NCBI RefSeq assembly: GCF_009914755.1
Contig: NC_060934.1
From: the human T2T-CHM13v2.0 reference genome, Homo sapiens
Reading direction: 5' to 3' (one strand)
Length of the DNA stretch: 64,000 bases
A program made the position numbers and the translations under genes. The notes under the pieces were generated by a model, which was given only the letters and a program-made list of their open reading frames with translations, did not search any database and was not told where the DNA came from. Below, piece after piece: positions 44,646 to 58,631 of this stretch (position 1 is its first letter; every line of letters begins with the position of its first letter).

Positions 44646-46445
44646 AAAGAGTGTTGATTTTGCAGATTTTTGATAATGTTTTCACAGCCAGTGTTATTCC
44701 CAACCCATTTTTAAATGCAATCTGAACAACACCCCTTTCCACACTGGATTCCTTGTACTTAAATGGTTCCAGCTACCTCAGGCCTGAGAAACCTATTTCT
44801 CTCTATAGACCACACATCAGTTTGGCTGAGGGAAGAACAGAGGGAAAGCAGGATTGCAAGGATGGCAGGTGCAGGGCTGAAAGAAGAAAATTAAATTCAC
44901 CAGACATGGGACACCTGGGCTGAGGACCTTTACACCAAGGAGCTTAAGATCTCCGTGGGCCACATGGGACCATCTAGAAAGGACTCTTTTAAGTCTAACC
45001 ATCTTTGGGTCTGTGGTTGTACTGTATTGATTCCATGTTCTCATTTTAAGTGAGCTAACGAAATGCAGCAAGCCATGAAAATTTTAAAGGACTAGAATGA
45101 ATTGAGAAGTTATTTAGACTGAGAGCAAAGAACAGGCAAAGCAAGTGGCAATCTTGTTGGATAGATCTGGCATGCTACCACACAAGCAACCCAGGCTAGA
45201 AAGAGCCATTGACAAAATGCTGACAGTCTGCCCAGGCCCTTTTGAATATTGGGTTCTTGGATTATTTCCTAATTTTTTTTTTTTACACAATCTTGAACAT
45301 TGACTATTATGTAGAAAAAAAGAAACATCTGAGGGGAAAAAATACATCCTCGGGAGACACAGGAAGAATGCCGTTTGAAGTAAGAATCTTTTTTCTCTCT
45401 GTCTCTGACACACACAAACTCATACACACACATTCAACTAGCCTTATGAGTCATCTTCTGCCATGACTGATGCCAGCTAACTCTGTCCTGCCAGCAACCT
45501 CTGCCACCCACTGATGCAGTGGAACAGTGTTTGACCAGCTCCCTTCCTGATGCTGGTTTATTTCTGGCTAAAACCTCTGGTTTCACTTAGGACCCAGACT
45601 TGTCTGGGGTTCCCCCTGGAAGTACTATTTGATGGCACTGATACTCAAAGCCCTATACCTAAAACATCTTTGCATCTAAGAGATACTGTGGAGATCAAGC
45701 CAATTCTAGACCCTTATTGCCATGGTTTTGATATCTGTCAAACCAGGTATCAAACAGTGGTCACTCCACCCCAGAAACATCACGGTGAACCAAGTTATCC
45801 ATAATCATCGATAACTGTATGCCCAACACCATGCAGACCCCACAACCTTCATGATGCTTACAATATAATTTCAGAGATAAAATCAGCCCAATGGAAGCTA
45901 ATCAGACAGCCATACAAGGCAAAAGAAAAACCAGAAGACCCATCATCATTCATAGAGAAGTTGTGAGCAGGAACCAAGTATGGGCTACAAAAGTCACTTC
46001 GACTTCAGATTCATACTGGGCCTTGAGGCAGAAGTAGAGTGTATATGAGGCAGAATATCGATGGAAGACACTGCAGGTAAAAAGACCTCTTTACAGGCCA
46101 TAATGGAAACTCTGAAGCTGGCTAACCAAGAAGGCAACCATTAAGCAAGCCCCACTCCCCTCCCACACTACAGCTTCATCTCTCAAATATGGGGCATAGG
46201 CTTTCAGGCACAGACTCTAAAGAGGACAGATGTCCAAGCAGGGGCTCGTGGGCACTGGGTAGCTGGAGTAAAGTGGTATCCACTTGTCAGCAGACTGAAA
46301 AGCAGGTCCAATTCTCTTGGATTATCTCCCTAAGTATGTTTCTCAGACCCCTGCATCAGAATTTCTGCGATCTCTCCAGACCTGAGAAATTAAAACCTTT
46401 GAGGGGATAGCCAGGGAATCTGCATCTTTAGCAAGCCACTCAATA

Positions 46446-46647
46446 TGACAGGTAAAACCCACTGACCTTGGTGGAGGGTGGGTGTGGATGTCACTTCAGG
46501 GCTATCGTGTGGCCAGACAGAGCTGAGTTGGCATTGGCGACCCTAGGTCAGGGACTGTGATGTCTGGAGTAGGGTGGAGGCAGCTACTCTGCTCCCTTGG
46601 GTCCCTCAGGACTTAATATGGCCACTGGCAGTCACCATTTCTCGGGG
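46446..46647. repeat. Left arm of near-perfect 202-bp inverted repeat
   Basis: Reverse complement of 47098-47299 with 5 substitutions and no indels (manual alignment). Confidence 0.97.
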
Positions 46648-47097
46648 TGACTTTAATGATCCCACTCAATATGATCCCAAAAATACAAAAACTGCTGCTA
46701 GCCTGCTCCAGCCTGCCCTATTCTGAAATGGGGGGTAATTTTTTAAAAAGTTGTCTATCTCAACTAAGAAAGAGATTTAAGCAGAAATCACACACGGGCT
46801 GGGGGGCAGGAAGGAGTGTGGCTGGAGCAGGAAGTAGGAAATCTCTTAGGATGAGGGACAGGATATGAGACAGGATCAGCCACCCAGCTCCAGAATTAAT
46901 GCGGCTGCTCCCTTTACTGCACCCTTGGAAAATCATTAGAAAGAAGATGATTTCTTTACAGAAGCCCAAGGGTGCTTGAGCTTGGATGGAGCTGAGTTAG
47001 CCTCAAGAATGAAGGAGTTCACCAGTGTGGATAGGTCTATCCAAATTTGGCCTAACGCACCCTATGAGAGAGGTACCTTCTGCACCATACACCATAG

Positions 47098-47299
47098 CCC
47101 CGAGAAATGGTGACTGCCAGCGGCCATATTAAGTCCTCAGGGACCCAAGAGAGCAGAGTAGCTGCCTCCACCCTACTCCAGACATCACAGTCCCTGACCT
47201 AGGGTCGCCAATGCCAACTCAGCTCTGTCTGGCCACACGATAGCCCTGAATTGACATCCACACCCACCCCCCACCAAGGTCAGTGGGTTTTACCTGTCA
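47098..47299. repeat. Right arm of near-perfect 202-bp inverted repeat
   Basis: ccccgagaaatggtgactgccag ... gtgggttttacctgtca. Confidence 0.97.
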
Positions 47300-47352
47300 C
47301 TGTCTAGGTCTGAGGCACCAGCTGGGCCTGGTGGCTCCAGATCTGGGTAGTG

Positions 47353-47530
47353 TAGTTCTTCAGGTGTGGTCACCAGCCCAGCAGCATTGCCTGGGAACCT
47401 GTTAGAAATAAAAATCCTCTGGCCCCACCCTAGAGCTTCTGAATCAGAAATTCTGGGGGAGCGACCCAGCAATCTGTGTCTTAACAAGCCTTCCAGGTCA
47501 TTCTGATCCAGCTCAAGTTTAAGAACCAGT
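47353..47530. mobile_element. MER5A
   Basis: cctgggaacctgttagaaat..ggccccaccctagag..ctgaatcagaaattctgggg..aacaagccttccaggt..aagtttaagaacca. Confidence 0.85.
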
Positions 47531-49289
47531 GTGTTGTGCTATTAATAATAACATGAACCACGGTGGTAGATCAACAAAAGTAGCATCATATACACAGGCC
47601 TACAAAACACTTTCAAGTGTATTATCTTAATACATTTGATAATATATCAAATGTTGATACCCTCTTCTAATCCTAAGGCTCTGTAGTTCATTTGAATCTC
47701 ACAGCAGTGCTGAAGTAGATAAGCTGCATTATCCCATTTTACAGAGGAGATTGAGGCTCAGATAGATGAAGTAACTAGCATAGATTACCCCTACCCAGAG
47801 CCCACTCATTAAAAAAGCGCACAAAAATTAGAGACTTAACTCTAAATAATTAAAAGTTACCAGCCCACACCCATTTCTTTTCCCCACGCTCCACAGGTAT
47901 ACTGGCCACAACAGGGGTGAAATTGACTTTCTTTTTATCTGGTCCATTGTCACTCACCTCAAGTGACTATTTCCAAGACCATCTTCCATTAATTCTGGAT
48001 TTTCAATGCCTCTCTGACACAGAATTAAGACAACAGCCCTCAACCGACAAACAGGCCATGTGCCAAAAGTTCATTTTCAAGTTGGAGGGTTGGAACTCAG
48101 GTTGCATTTTCCCATGGACGTGACATGGAGATAGTTGTTGGATCCCCAGGTCAAGCCACAAAGCTGTCTCTGAGAGGGAGAGGCAGAGGACACAAGAGTG
48201 TTTGGCAATGGGCCATAGGGTTAAAATCCCAGCTTTCTAATCAGTAACCAACATGAGACAAAAGCCCAAGTTACTTAGCCTTTCTCCGAGCCTCAGTTTC
48301 TTCGCCTGGGAATCCTAATACTGACCTTCCAGGGTTGAGAGGATTCAATGAAAATGCACACAGTTGATATTCAACAAGTGGCTGCATTGTTGTTGAACTC
48401 CTAAAGTAGAGGCCATATTCTATTTTTGCCCTGAAACCTATGCAATTGAAAAGAAATAAAATACATCTGAAATTATAACAAGACTGACTGCAAGAGGATT
48501 AACTGCCTCCTAAAGGACCAAGGAAAAGAAGGAAGGGTGTTGGGCTCAGGGGATGGCACAAGAGTCGGGTCCGGCCCTCACCCACTCCTCACACCTTTGG
48601 CCTTCCTTCAGCTCACTTGCCGCTTCTTTGGGAACCTTCCTTGGACTTCCAGCTTAGGTCAAATCTCTCTAGTACCTGCTTCAGTAGCCCCATGTACTTG
48701 CTCTTCATAGCCTTACACTGATTATAATGTTACCCTCATTTGCTTAATGCCTGTTTTCCCCACAACCTCACAAAGCCCATGAAGTCAGGGCTCAGGTCTG
48801 TTTCTGCTCATCAATGTATCTTCCCCTGGTACTTTGTCCTGTGCCTGGAACACAGTAGGTACTCAAATATTTGTAGAATGAATCACACCAGAGCAGCTGG
48901 GCAGGGAAGAGGACGTTGTGCACAGCTGACTGCACATATGTGCAGATAACAAATTGGCGGTCTGTGACTCAGGGCTACCCGGAAAAGCACACAACTCTTT
49001 TTCTGCCCCAATAAAATCAATCTGCTGCTGCCATATCACTCAGCCAAAAAGGCTGATTATTAAACGCACAAGTTATTAAACCCAAAGGCATCCTCTTCCA
49101 ATGGGTGCACATGCCCCAGGCTGCTCAAAGGGCATGTGCTGAATGAAGCAAAATGGCACAGGAATCCAGGCAGGTCTGAGATGTGCTGCAGTTCTCCCTA
49201 CCTCAGTCTCAAAGTGGAGGGATGCCAGCCTCACCACAGCTGGCAGCCTCACTATACCTTGGAGCTCTACAGCAAGGTATGGAAAATAA

Positions 49290-49510
49290 TGCTGCCAGCT
49301 GCAATGTACTGAGTGTCTATATGTACCAAGCAATAGTCCTGGGTGATCCTCAAAACCTAATGAGGTAGTTATGGTCCCCTTTCTACAGATGAAGAAACTG
49401 AGACTCAGGGAGACCAGGAACATACTCATGATCACATAGTGAATAAGTAGCAGAGCCAGAACTATTAATAGAACCCAAATCAGATCGCAAAGTGTGTGCT
49501 CTTAGCCATA
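49290..49510 (-). mobile_element. MIR
   Basis: tacagatgaagaaactgagactcaggga..atcacatagtgaataagtagcagagccag. Confidence 0.8.
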
Positions 49511-50466
49511 TTCAGCTATCCATCACCATATTAGGTATAAGTTTCTCTAAGAGTCTGTGAAGTATGCACAGACCTTGGAGACTCAATGCAACATGATATA
49601 AAACAGAAAAGAGATACAATTCTAGTGTGGAATCTTCTACTACTATGTGACCCAGAGTAAGTCATTTCACCTCCCTGGGCCCCAGGGAGGCTTCCTCCCC
49701 AGTAATGTTAAAGAATGAACTAGATGGCCATTAAGAGAAGAGATAGGATGCTGTTGAGCACACAAAAACACGTGCCAGTTAGAACCTATCATGAAACCAC
49801 ATCTGCCTGGCCTTTACCTAGGACCCAGCCACACTGCCTCTCAGCAATCTCTCACCCAAACCGGAGGTTAGCCGGAAACTTTGAGCTTTCTGGTAGGGAG
49901 GGAAGGAATGACAGAGGACACTTACTTTTCTACTAGGCCCCCTGAAACTGGCTTGGAATGAATCAAAGATAAGTAATAAGGGAAAGGAGACTGTTTACCA
50001 TACATTTAAATATCTAAACCTCCCTCCCTCCTGCAGAGAACTGAAAAAATACCATATGCTGCAAAAGAAGCAGGTGTCAGTCTCCAAGTCTTCCATGGGC
50101 TCACACCCATCAGCAGTCTTCTGTGCAGCCCCACCTCCCTCTGGGATGTGTTCAACATACACCCAAGACCAACTGCAGGGACTGCCTTCAGAGGCCAAGG
50201 CCATCCGTCCAAGTAACAGATCTTCCCTCACTTCAACCCCTGCACTGCTGTACAGAGTGATCTGGAATTTACAGTCTCTTCTACAAAGCCTTACAAGGTC
50301 AAAAATGCTCAAGTTGTGTGATTCCTAGGATGAAAAGGCTGTGAAACAGAATAGGCTAAATGGCCAATACAAACGACACATCAGAAAGCCAAAAAACCCA
50401 ACAGCCAAATGCAATCAGCAACGGGCAGAGCTGGAGCCAAGGCGCCTGGTGCTGGCCAGGCTTCAG

Positions 50467-50590
50467 CAGCACACAGGCCTGTGTTGCCACCAGCACCTGT
50501 GGATGTCACCACCTCCTGCTGGTCCCCTCCAGCACACAGACCAGTGCTGCCACCAGCACCTGTGAATGTTACCACCTCCTGCTTGTCCCC
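50467..50590. repeat. 63-bp tandem duplication (2 copies)
   Basis: cagcacacaggcctgtgttgccaccagcacctgtggatgtcaccacctcctgctggtcccc repeats from 50530 with a few substitutions. Confidence 0.92.
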
Positions 50591-51225
50591 ACTAAGAGTG
50601 AGCACAGACACCCCAGAACCAAAATAGGAGTCACAAAAGAACTGACATCCATTTTTATATGACTCCTGAGCTCTATACTCTGCAAAACCCATACTGACTT
50701 TTACATGTATGGCAGGGTATGGAGGAAATGGCCAAAGATACTTTGTAAAATGTTCGTCAAAATAAAACCTGAATTTTAAGCAAGAGCAGAAGGGGAGGAG
50801 TGGAGGAAGGAAGGAAAATCCCTCTTTTTTACCATAATCCTAGATGCACTAAATCCAGCAATGTATATGAAATATTTCAGGAGCAGGAAAGTGAGGAGAA
50901 ATGAGGGAAAGAAAGAGGGGGAGAAGGAAAAATACAGAAAGGGGAACAGTGTAAAGAGAAAGCCCCATGCTAAGTCATCCCAACCTGAAGCTGCCTCATA
51001 GCCTTGGTCCTGCTCTCCTCTCCCCCTACTTACCAAGGCCTTTCAAAAGGGAGTTCTGCAATTCCACTCTAACCATCAAACACCAAAAACACAACAAAAC
51101 CTGACAAAATAATTGTACTAAGTCAGCACCCAATCTCCTGCAAAATCAGAAAAGCAAACTGACAAATATTAAGTGGACCACCATAAATACCAGACACAGA
51201 ATTTGAAGACATTTCCAGCTTCTTA

Positions 51226-51844
<619 letters not shown>

Positions 51845-52598
51845 GCTTATAAATGCCTAAATATACTTCAGCAAACCCCTTCAAATTAAATAGTAAAATG
51901 CAGCTTTATGAAATTAAAATTTTAAGGTATTTAAAAATAAAGGAAGCGTTATGCATTCATACTCAAAGGGCACAACATGCTCCCACAATCTGGCCATAAA
52001 TGCCTGGGGGCCTAAGAGAATGCAGAAAGACTGAGAATCTAATCTATTAGATCTAGCTATGGTTTTCCAAATTAGGGGAAAGGGTAGTTGGCAGTTAAAC
52101 TGAAACCAACAGACTTTTACTCTCTGTGAAATTTGCTAAAATGGACATTTCTACAAAAAGATGTTTAAAGTGTTTTTTTATATATTAACTTCAGTACTCT
52201 CAATACCATCTGTCCTACTGCTCAAATATATTTTAAAAGCAACACACACACAAAGAATGGTTCCAGTTCTATCCATGCCCTGAATTCAAAGTAATTACCA
52301 CAGATGGATTCTGAACCAGAAAATAGACAGACGAGTGTTTATTAAATACCTACTATATGCCAGACCTCAGTGCTAATAAGGTACCCCCTTTGCCTGACCC
52401 TTTGTCTTCCCAGTCGCCAATGGCCATGATAGGTTAAGAATGAAGAGGGACTGAATGCCATACCACACCTTCAGATACAGCTGATATTTACCAGCAGGCA
52501 GAGGTGAACGGCACACAGAGAGCTTGGAGCTCAGTGCAACCGAGGAGCATGTCAGCCCTAAGTCATCCTTTTTCATCTTAAGAGGCTGACAAAAGTAA

Positions 52599-52827
<229 letters not shown>

Positions 52828-52854
52828 TGATTGAGGACAGAGCTTCCTCCCATA

Positions 52855-53154
52855 ATTTTTTTTTCTTCTGTGAGACAGGGTCTCACTCTCTGTCACCCAG
52901 GTTGGAGTGCAGTGGCGTGATCACAGCTCACTGCAGCTCAACCTCTGGGGCTCAAGCCATCCTCCTGCCTCAGCCTCCTGAGTAGCTGGGACTACAGGCA
53001 CCCGCCACCATGCCCAGCTAATTTTTGTATGTTTTGCAGAGACAGGGTTTCAATATGCATTGCCCAGGCTGGTCCTGAATTGCTGAGCTCAAGTGATCCC
53101 CTTGCCTCGGCCTCCCAAAGTGCTAGGATTACAGGTGTAAGCCACCACACCCGG
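52855..53154 (-). mobile_element. Alu (AluJ-like)
   Basis: gagacagggtctcactc, cacagctcactgcagc, gctcaagccatcctcc. Confidence 0.94.
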
Positions 53155-55729
53155 ACTTCCTTCTCTAATTTTATCTTGTTTCTGGTCACCAATAAGACTG
53201 AATCTGGAACTTAGTAGAATCTCAGAGTGGTAGAAAAGTGAAAATGGGGGTGTCTGGAAAAAGGATGAAGACACATCACTAACTTCAAGAACACAAGTTT
53301 TCCAGGCCTCATAAAGCTCAGAGCCAGGTGCCAGTGTGGTTCTATAGGTTAAAGAGAGACAGGAAGGGTGCAGAAGTTCTGACAGGGTCCCAAGGCCCAA
53401 CCGAAAGGTGCCTCCTTTTCTCCCTTTCCTTCTCCTTGTTGCTGATTATTCCCCTTTTGTTCTTCTATTCAACCCATACTTATTTCTTGAGTCCCTACTT
53501 AACATATGCATGTTTCCCAGTTTAACACTGCCTTCATCAACATAATGCCGTCACACACATAGCACCTGACATTTTATGAACACAACCCTTCAGCAATCTT
53601 ATAGAAAGCCTTTTGTGAAAAATAATCCCTGAAGAGAAATGTCACTGAACATTATTTTGGGTTGCTGGACCACAAATCCCACTAGTGCCCACCAACTTCA
53701 TGTCAATATTCAGAACCATGAGGCAGATCATTCATATGGGTGCAAAATACTGATAATGAATGCTTGGCAAGAGTTCTTTCTGCATGGCCACTTAGGGGAC
53801 ACACAAGAGCCGATTTCCAAGGCTGGCACTAACAATCGAACAGTAATAATGAGTAAAAGCAGCCATGCTGTATTGGGTACCTGTTTATAGGTCAGGCATT
53901 AAGCTGGTGCTTACATACATTATCTGGTTCAATCAATCCTTACAACTGAGGCCAATTTTATCATCCCAATTTATTGGAGAAGAAAAGCTGAGCTCCAAGA
54001 CTTTGCCCACAGTCACACAGCAAGTTAAGAAGCAGCACTAAAATCTGGACCCTAGGCAATCCAACAACTACACTTCTCCTTTCCCCAGAGGTGGACAGGA
54101 GTGAGACAGGACTTCAGAATGTCTGGAGACCCTCCTCAGTTCTGGGTGCCCTCTCTTCTGCCTGTGGATAAGGCAGGTGGGAACGAATGCTGGGGATGGG
54201 AAATCTGTGTGTCAGAAATAAACGTGTAAACATTTTCTCTATGCCCTAAATAATGTCACTTACCTCTCAAACCATTACCTCATGCTTTTGCACTTGAACA
54301 GTTTAAAAGCAAGTAATTCTTTGCTAAGTAAAATACTTCAGCAAGGAAAAGCAAGGTCTCACCTATTCAGACTGGGTTTCAAAGAAGCAATCTGCACTAC
54401 TGTATTCAAGTTATATTCCAAGATTTGTCTAAAACTTTCAGGTTCCACGCCCAAGACTAGACTACTCCCAGGGCTAGGCTATCAGAGAATTATTAGATTC
54501 TCTACTTCATCCTCAGCTACCACTAATGAAAAAGACAAGGGTGCATGGAACACGGCTCTAAGCTCCCTGACCCTGCAGCAGACTGCAGCCAAGCTCTGCA
54601 GCCCTGAGTTCCTGAGGACAGGGACATGCATGTGTTGCATTAAGAAAAATAATTATAAGAGGCAATAGACTCCCATTTGGAAACCCAGAGAAAATAAAAC
54701 CACATTCATCAACATTCCAACCACAGTATTATTTTAGGACAGTTCCCTGCAGTTTTTAAAAAATACATTTAGCACATGGTTGTAACCGTAGCCCATATGC
54801 AATTCTGTTTTATTTCAACTACTTCTACTTGATTATCAAGGGTCACCTGTTCTATTGTGCCTTTCCCAGACATCCACTTGTTCAGGTGAAACAAACCCTT
54901 CTCCTCTATGCCTTCACCATCCCTTAAACACACATGAATTGTGCCCCTCTAAAAGGTTAAGTAGCTTACACATCAGGCTCCCCCTATAAGCCATACCCCT
55001 TCCAGAGTGATATGATTGTGAGCTTTGATTATTTCTCATGTATTTGGCAAAAGCAACACCAAAATGTTAGCAGGGATAACACTGGAGCAGCAAGACCATG
55101 GCTGATTTCCACTTTTTGATGTGGCTCCAACTTTTCTTTCGACAACATATAATTTCTTTCGTGCATATTTAACTGATTATAAAAGTTTCTTAGAACTGCT
55201 ATTGATCAACTTCAAAATCACACAAAGTTCGGGGTCTAAGAGTAGGAGACATGGGCCAATGTCTCAATTTTAAAGCAGGAAAGTGGGTGATCCTGATATC
55301 TACAAATAAATAAGCCTGGACGACTACAGACCAATAATGGCTCCCGGCAAAATTATAGAACAAATGGTTTGGGAACATTTCGAAAAAAATGTGAATGTTG
55401 GGAAAAGGCAATGTGCGTCCACAATGACAAAGGCATGCCAAAACCAATCGATTTTTCTCTTGTGGTTACCAAGTTGGTAGATCAGGTGAGATGCCAAAGA
55501 TATCATGCACCTAGATTTCAGTAAAGCATCTAGAAAAACCTCCTATGATCCACTTGTAGATAAGACAGTGAAACAGAGTGAAGCTGCTTGCACCACTGTC
55601 TATGTAGCCAGGTGGTTACTACCCCACTGACCGTACATCACTCCCTCCTTTGGGCCGCCATTGTGCTCTGTGCATATGCTCTCAGAGCACTTATTAAACT
55701 TGATTGAGTTACTTGTCTTTCTACTAGAC

Positions 55730-55941
55730 CAGGTGTCAGCAAACACACCCACAGGCCTAACCCAGCCCGTCACCTGTTTTTGCAGTTTTATAGGAACAGC
55801 CACGCCACTTGTCTCCATCTTGTCTATGGCTACTTTGGTGCCACAATGGCAGAGTTGAATAGTTACAACAGAGAATGTATGGCCCGCAAAGCTGACAATA
55901 TTTACCATCTAGGCCTTTAGAGAAAAAGTGTGCCAATCATG
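55730..55941 (+). mobile_element. MER58A (hAT-Charlie MITE)
   Basis: caggtgtcagcaaac..ggaacagccacgcc..tgtctatggctacttt..ggcagagttgaatagtt..tggcccgcaaagc..agaaaaagtgtgcca. Confidence 0.9.
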
Positions 55942-56584
55942 ATCTCTTTTCAAGCTGATGATCTCTTTCCAGGCAGGACAGTTGTCTTACTCCTTTATAC
56001 CTTCGGCACTGGCATAGTGCCTGGCACATAATGGGCACATAATAAACATCTGGTGAGTAAATGTATACATTGGCATCACTAATGACTTGATGACAAGCTA
56101 GAGAAGGGTTACTGGTGGAATGACGCAGGGTTCAATTCTTAGGCACACACTGTCCACTGTCTTTTTAACAATGACTTGACTAGAGACAGACATGAAGGGC
56201 AGGCTTATCAAACCTTCAGATGGCACAAAACTGGGAAGAAGAGCTAATGCTATAGATGCCAGAATCAAGATTCAAATGACCTTAACAGCCCAGCATTCTG
56301 GGCGAAAAACAAAGCCGATTGTGCAAAAGTACGGGCTGGGGGCAGGTCTAAACTTCCTGAAGTCCACGAGACCTGCCCTGGCAACCATTCATGGGAAACA
56401 GAGAAGGGTGCCATCCTGACCACAAGGTTCATCAGAGCCCACAATGCCCAGAGTAATACAATCTTCAAAGGCATTAAAAGTAGGACAGCATCTGGTTCAC
56501 AGAAAAAATGGTAATACTCACACTGTACCCTGCTGTGGTCAGGCCACAAGTGGAGGATTCAGCTCAGGGCACCACACTTCTTTT

Positions 56585-57065
56585 AATGTATTGTTTTTAA
56601 TAGATTCCAGTCACATGGTTTAAAAGACACCCAATGGTTTATAGTGAAAAGTCCCTATTCCACCCCCAAGTCAAAAGCAACCAACATTACCCATTGCTTT
56701 TGTACCCTTCCAGGTGTAGTATATGCACATACAAGCAAATGTCCTGTCCTGTTTTTGCACAAATGATAGCATACCATACAGCTTAACATTATTTTTTCAC
56801 ATAAAAAATATATGCTACAGAGTCCCATGTCAGTACTTAAAAAGCTGCCTCATTTCTTTCTGTGGCTGCACAGTCTTTGATTGCATGAAGACACTATACT
56901 GATGGACATTTAGGTTTTCCAGTCTTTTGCTACCACAAACAATGCTGTCAGAAATGGACATACATCTTTTTTCACATATGCAGGTATATCTGTAGGACAG
57001 ATTCCACAAAGTGGAATTATAGGATAAAGTGGTTATCTTTGTAATTTTGATAGATATTGTCTAAT
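56585..57065 (-). mobile_element. L1ME-like 3' fragment
   Basis: ctactgatggacatttaggttttccagtcttttgctaccacaaacaatgctg..attccacaaagtggaatt..taattttgatagatattg. Confidence 0.8.
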
Positions 57066-57279
57066 TGGATACCACCTTTTAAAGAGAGAAACGGACAAAA
57101 TGGAGTTTTCTAAAAAGGGGGGCTGGAATTTATGTCCCGGATGGAAGAACTAAAGAGGCTTAATATGGAGCAAAGAGGGCTGCAGGGAAAGATGAGCACC
57201 ATCACCCTCAGATACCCACAGCTACCATCAATAAGTTCAGTCCTCCTTCACCAACCCTGTGCCTGACACATGCTTGCAG

Positions 57280-57450
57280 GCTTGCATACATCATCTCATC
57301 GACTGTCACAACAACCCTGAGAGATGGGCATTTTTATCCTTACTACGCAGATAAGGAAACTCAGGCCAGAGTCCTCTTGCCAAAGGCCACAGAGCCAGGA
57401 AGGGGCAGAGCTCAGACTCAAACCAACCCAGGTAACTCCAAGGCTGCCGC
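57280..57450 (-). mobile_element. MIR
   Basis: tcacaacaaccctgagagatggg..cagataaggaaactcaggc..ccaaaggccacagagcc. Confidence 0.8.
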
Positions 57451-57681
57451 ACCTTATCTTAATCCCCTGTCCCTCCGGGCTGGGCCCTGTGGCCACAGCA
57501 GCATTCTCAGACCTGGCGCACCTGCAGATCACCTGGGCAGCCTCTGCACAGGCCCCACCACAGATCCTGATCTAACTTTTGAGGGGAGTTGGGGGGAACA
57601 GATATAGTTCTGAAAGCGCCCCCCTCTCTCAGGCGCATCCAATGTGCAGGCAAGGCTGAGAATTATTGCTCTAACCCACAG

Positions 57682-57860
57682 CAGTAGTTCTCCAACTAGG
57701 AAAGGCATCGAATTCACCTGGATTACTTGTAAAAAAGATTTTGGGGCCCCCACCCTGTGAGTTTCTGAATCAGCAGGTCTGGGGTGGGGCTGGAGAATTT
57801 GCACAAGTTTCCAGGTGATACTGATGCTGGTGGTCCAAGAACCATGCTTTAAGAACTACT
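57682..57860. mobile_element. MER5A
   Basis: cagtagttctc..ttcacctgga..gagtttctgaatcagcaggtctggggtgggg..ttccaggtgatactgatgctg..ctttaagaactact. Confidence 0.85.
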
Positions 57861-58340
57861 CTACAGAAGCAAGAGCTACTACTACTCCTCTTGGTAATAC
57901 ATAGCAATTAACATTTTTCAAGGTACATTATTCCAGCGAGCCTTCACTGTTCTGGAAGGTCCAATGGGATAATGTCCTCTGTTAAATGAAGTGAAAACTG
58001 ATACTCAAGTGTCTTAGCCAAGTTTATAAGTGTTATATAATCTTCACTTCTTCTTTTCTTTCTTTCTGTAAAATTCTTTGGCTTATACTTAGGTTTTCTG
58101 ACATATAGTTCAATCTTCTTTCCACTGTACTAACACCAGGCTCTAAATTCCAAGAGGGCAAAAACCTTATCTATCTTGTTTACTCGTATTCCTCCTGAAC
58201 CTAAAACAGTCGGTGCTCAATACATACGTTTGAATGACGAAATGAATCATGGGGTGTAAAAACTAGTGTGACATGGGTTCTAAATGAGAAAACTGTATTA
58301 CAGGATGATTTCAGCTCATATGAAAGAATTTTAACAATTA

Positions 58341-58631
<291 letters not shown>

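Larger units (their letters stand above)
55260..57240 (+). mobile_element. CR1/L3 LINE RT-region fossil, fragmented by L2, MER58A and L1ME insertions
   Basis: gactacagacca (YRP), ctagatttcagtaaagca (LDFSKA), tcagatggcacaaaactggg (degenerate ADDTKLG), ggtcaggccacaagtggag, collinear with CR1 ORF2. Confidence 0.75.

Noticed and set aside
46446-47299. DNA transposon with long TIRs
   Set aside because: No TSD is visible, the termini do not resemble hAT, Tc1 or piggyBac ends that I know, and the arms are too similar for the extinct primate DNA transposons; not fully excluded without Dfam.
54258-54440. Isolated consensus donors on the minus strand (GAG|gtaagt here; others near 11405, 36090, 51028)
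   Set aside because: No convincing paired acceptor at exon distance; such motifs are frequent by chance.
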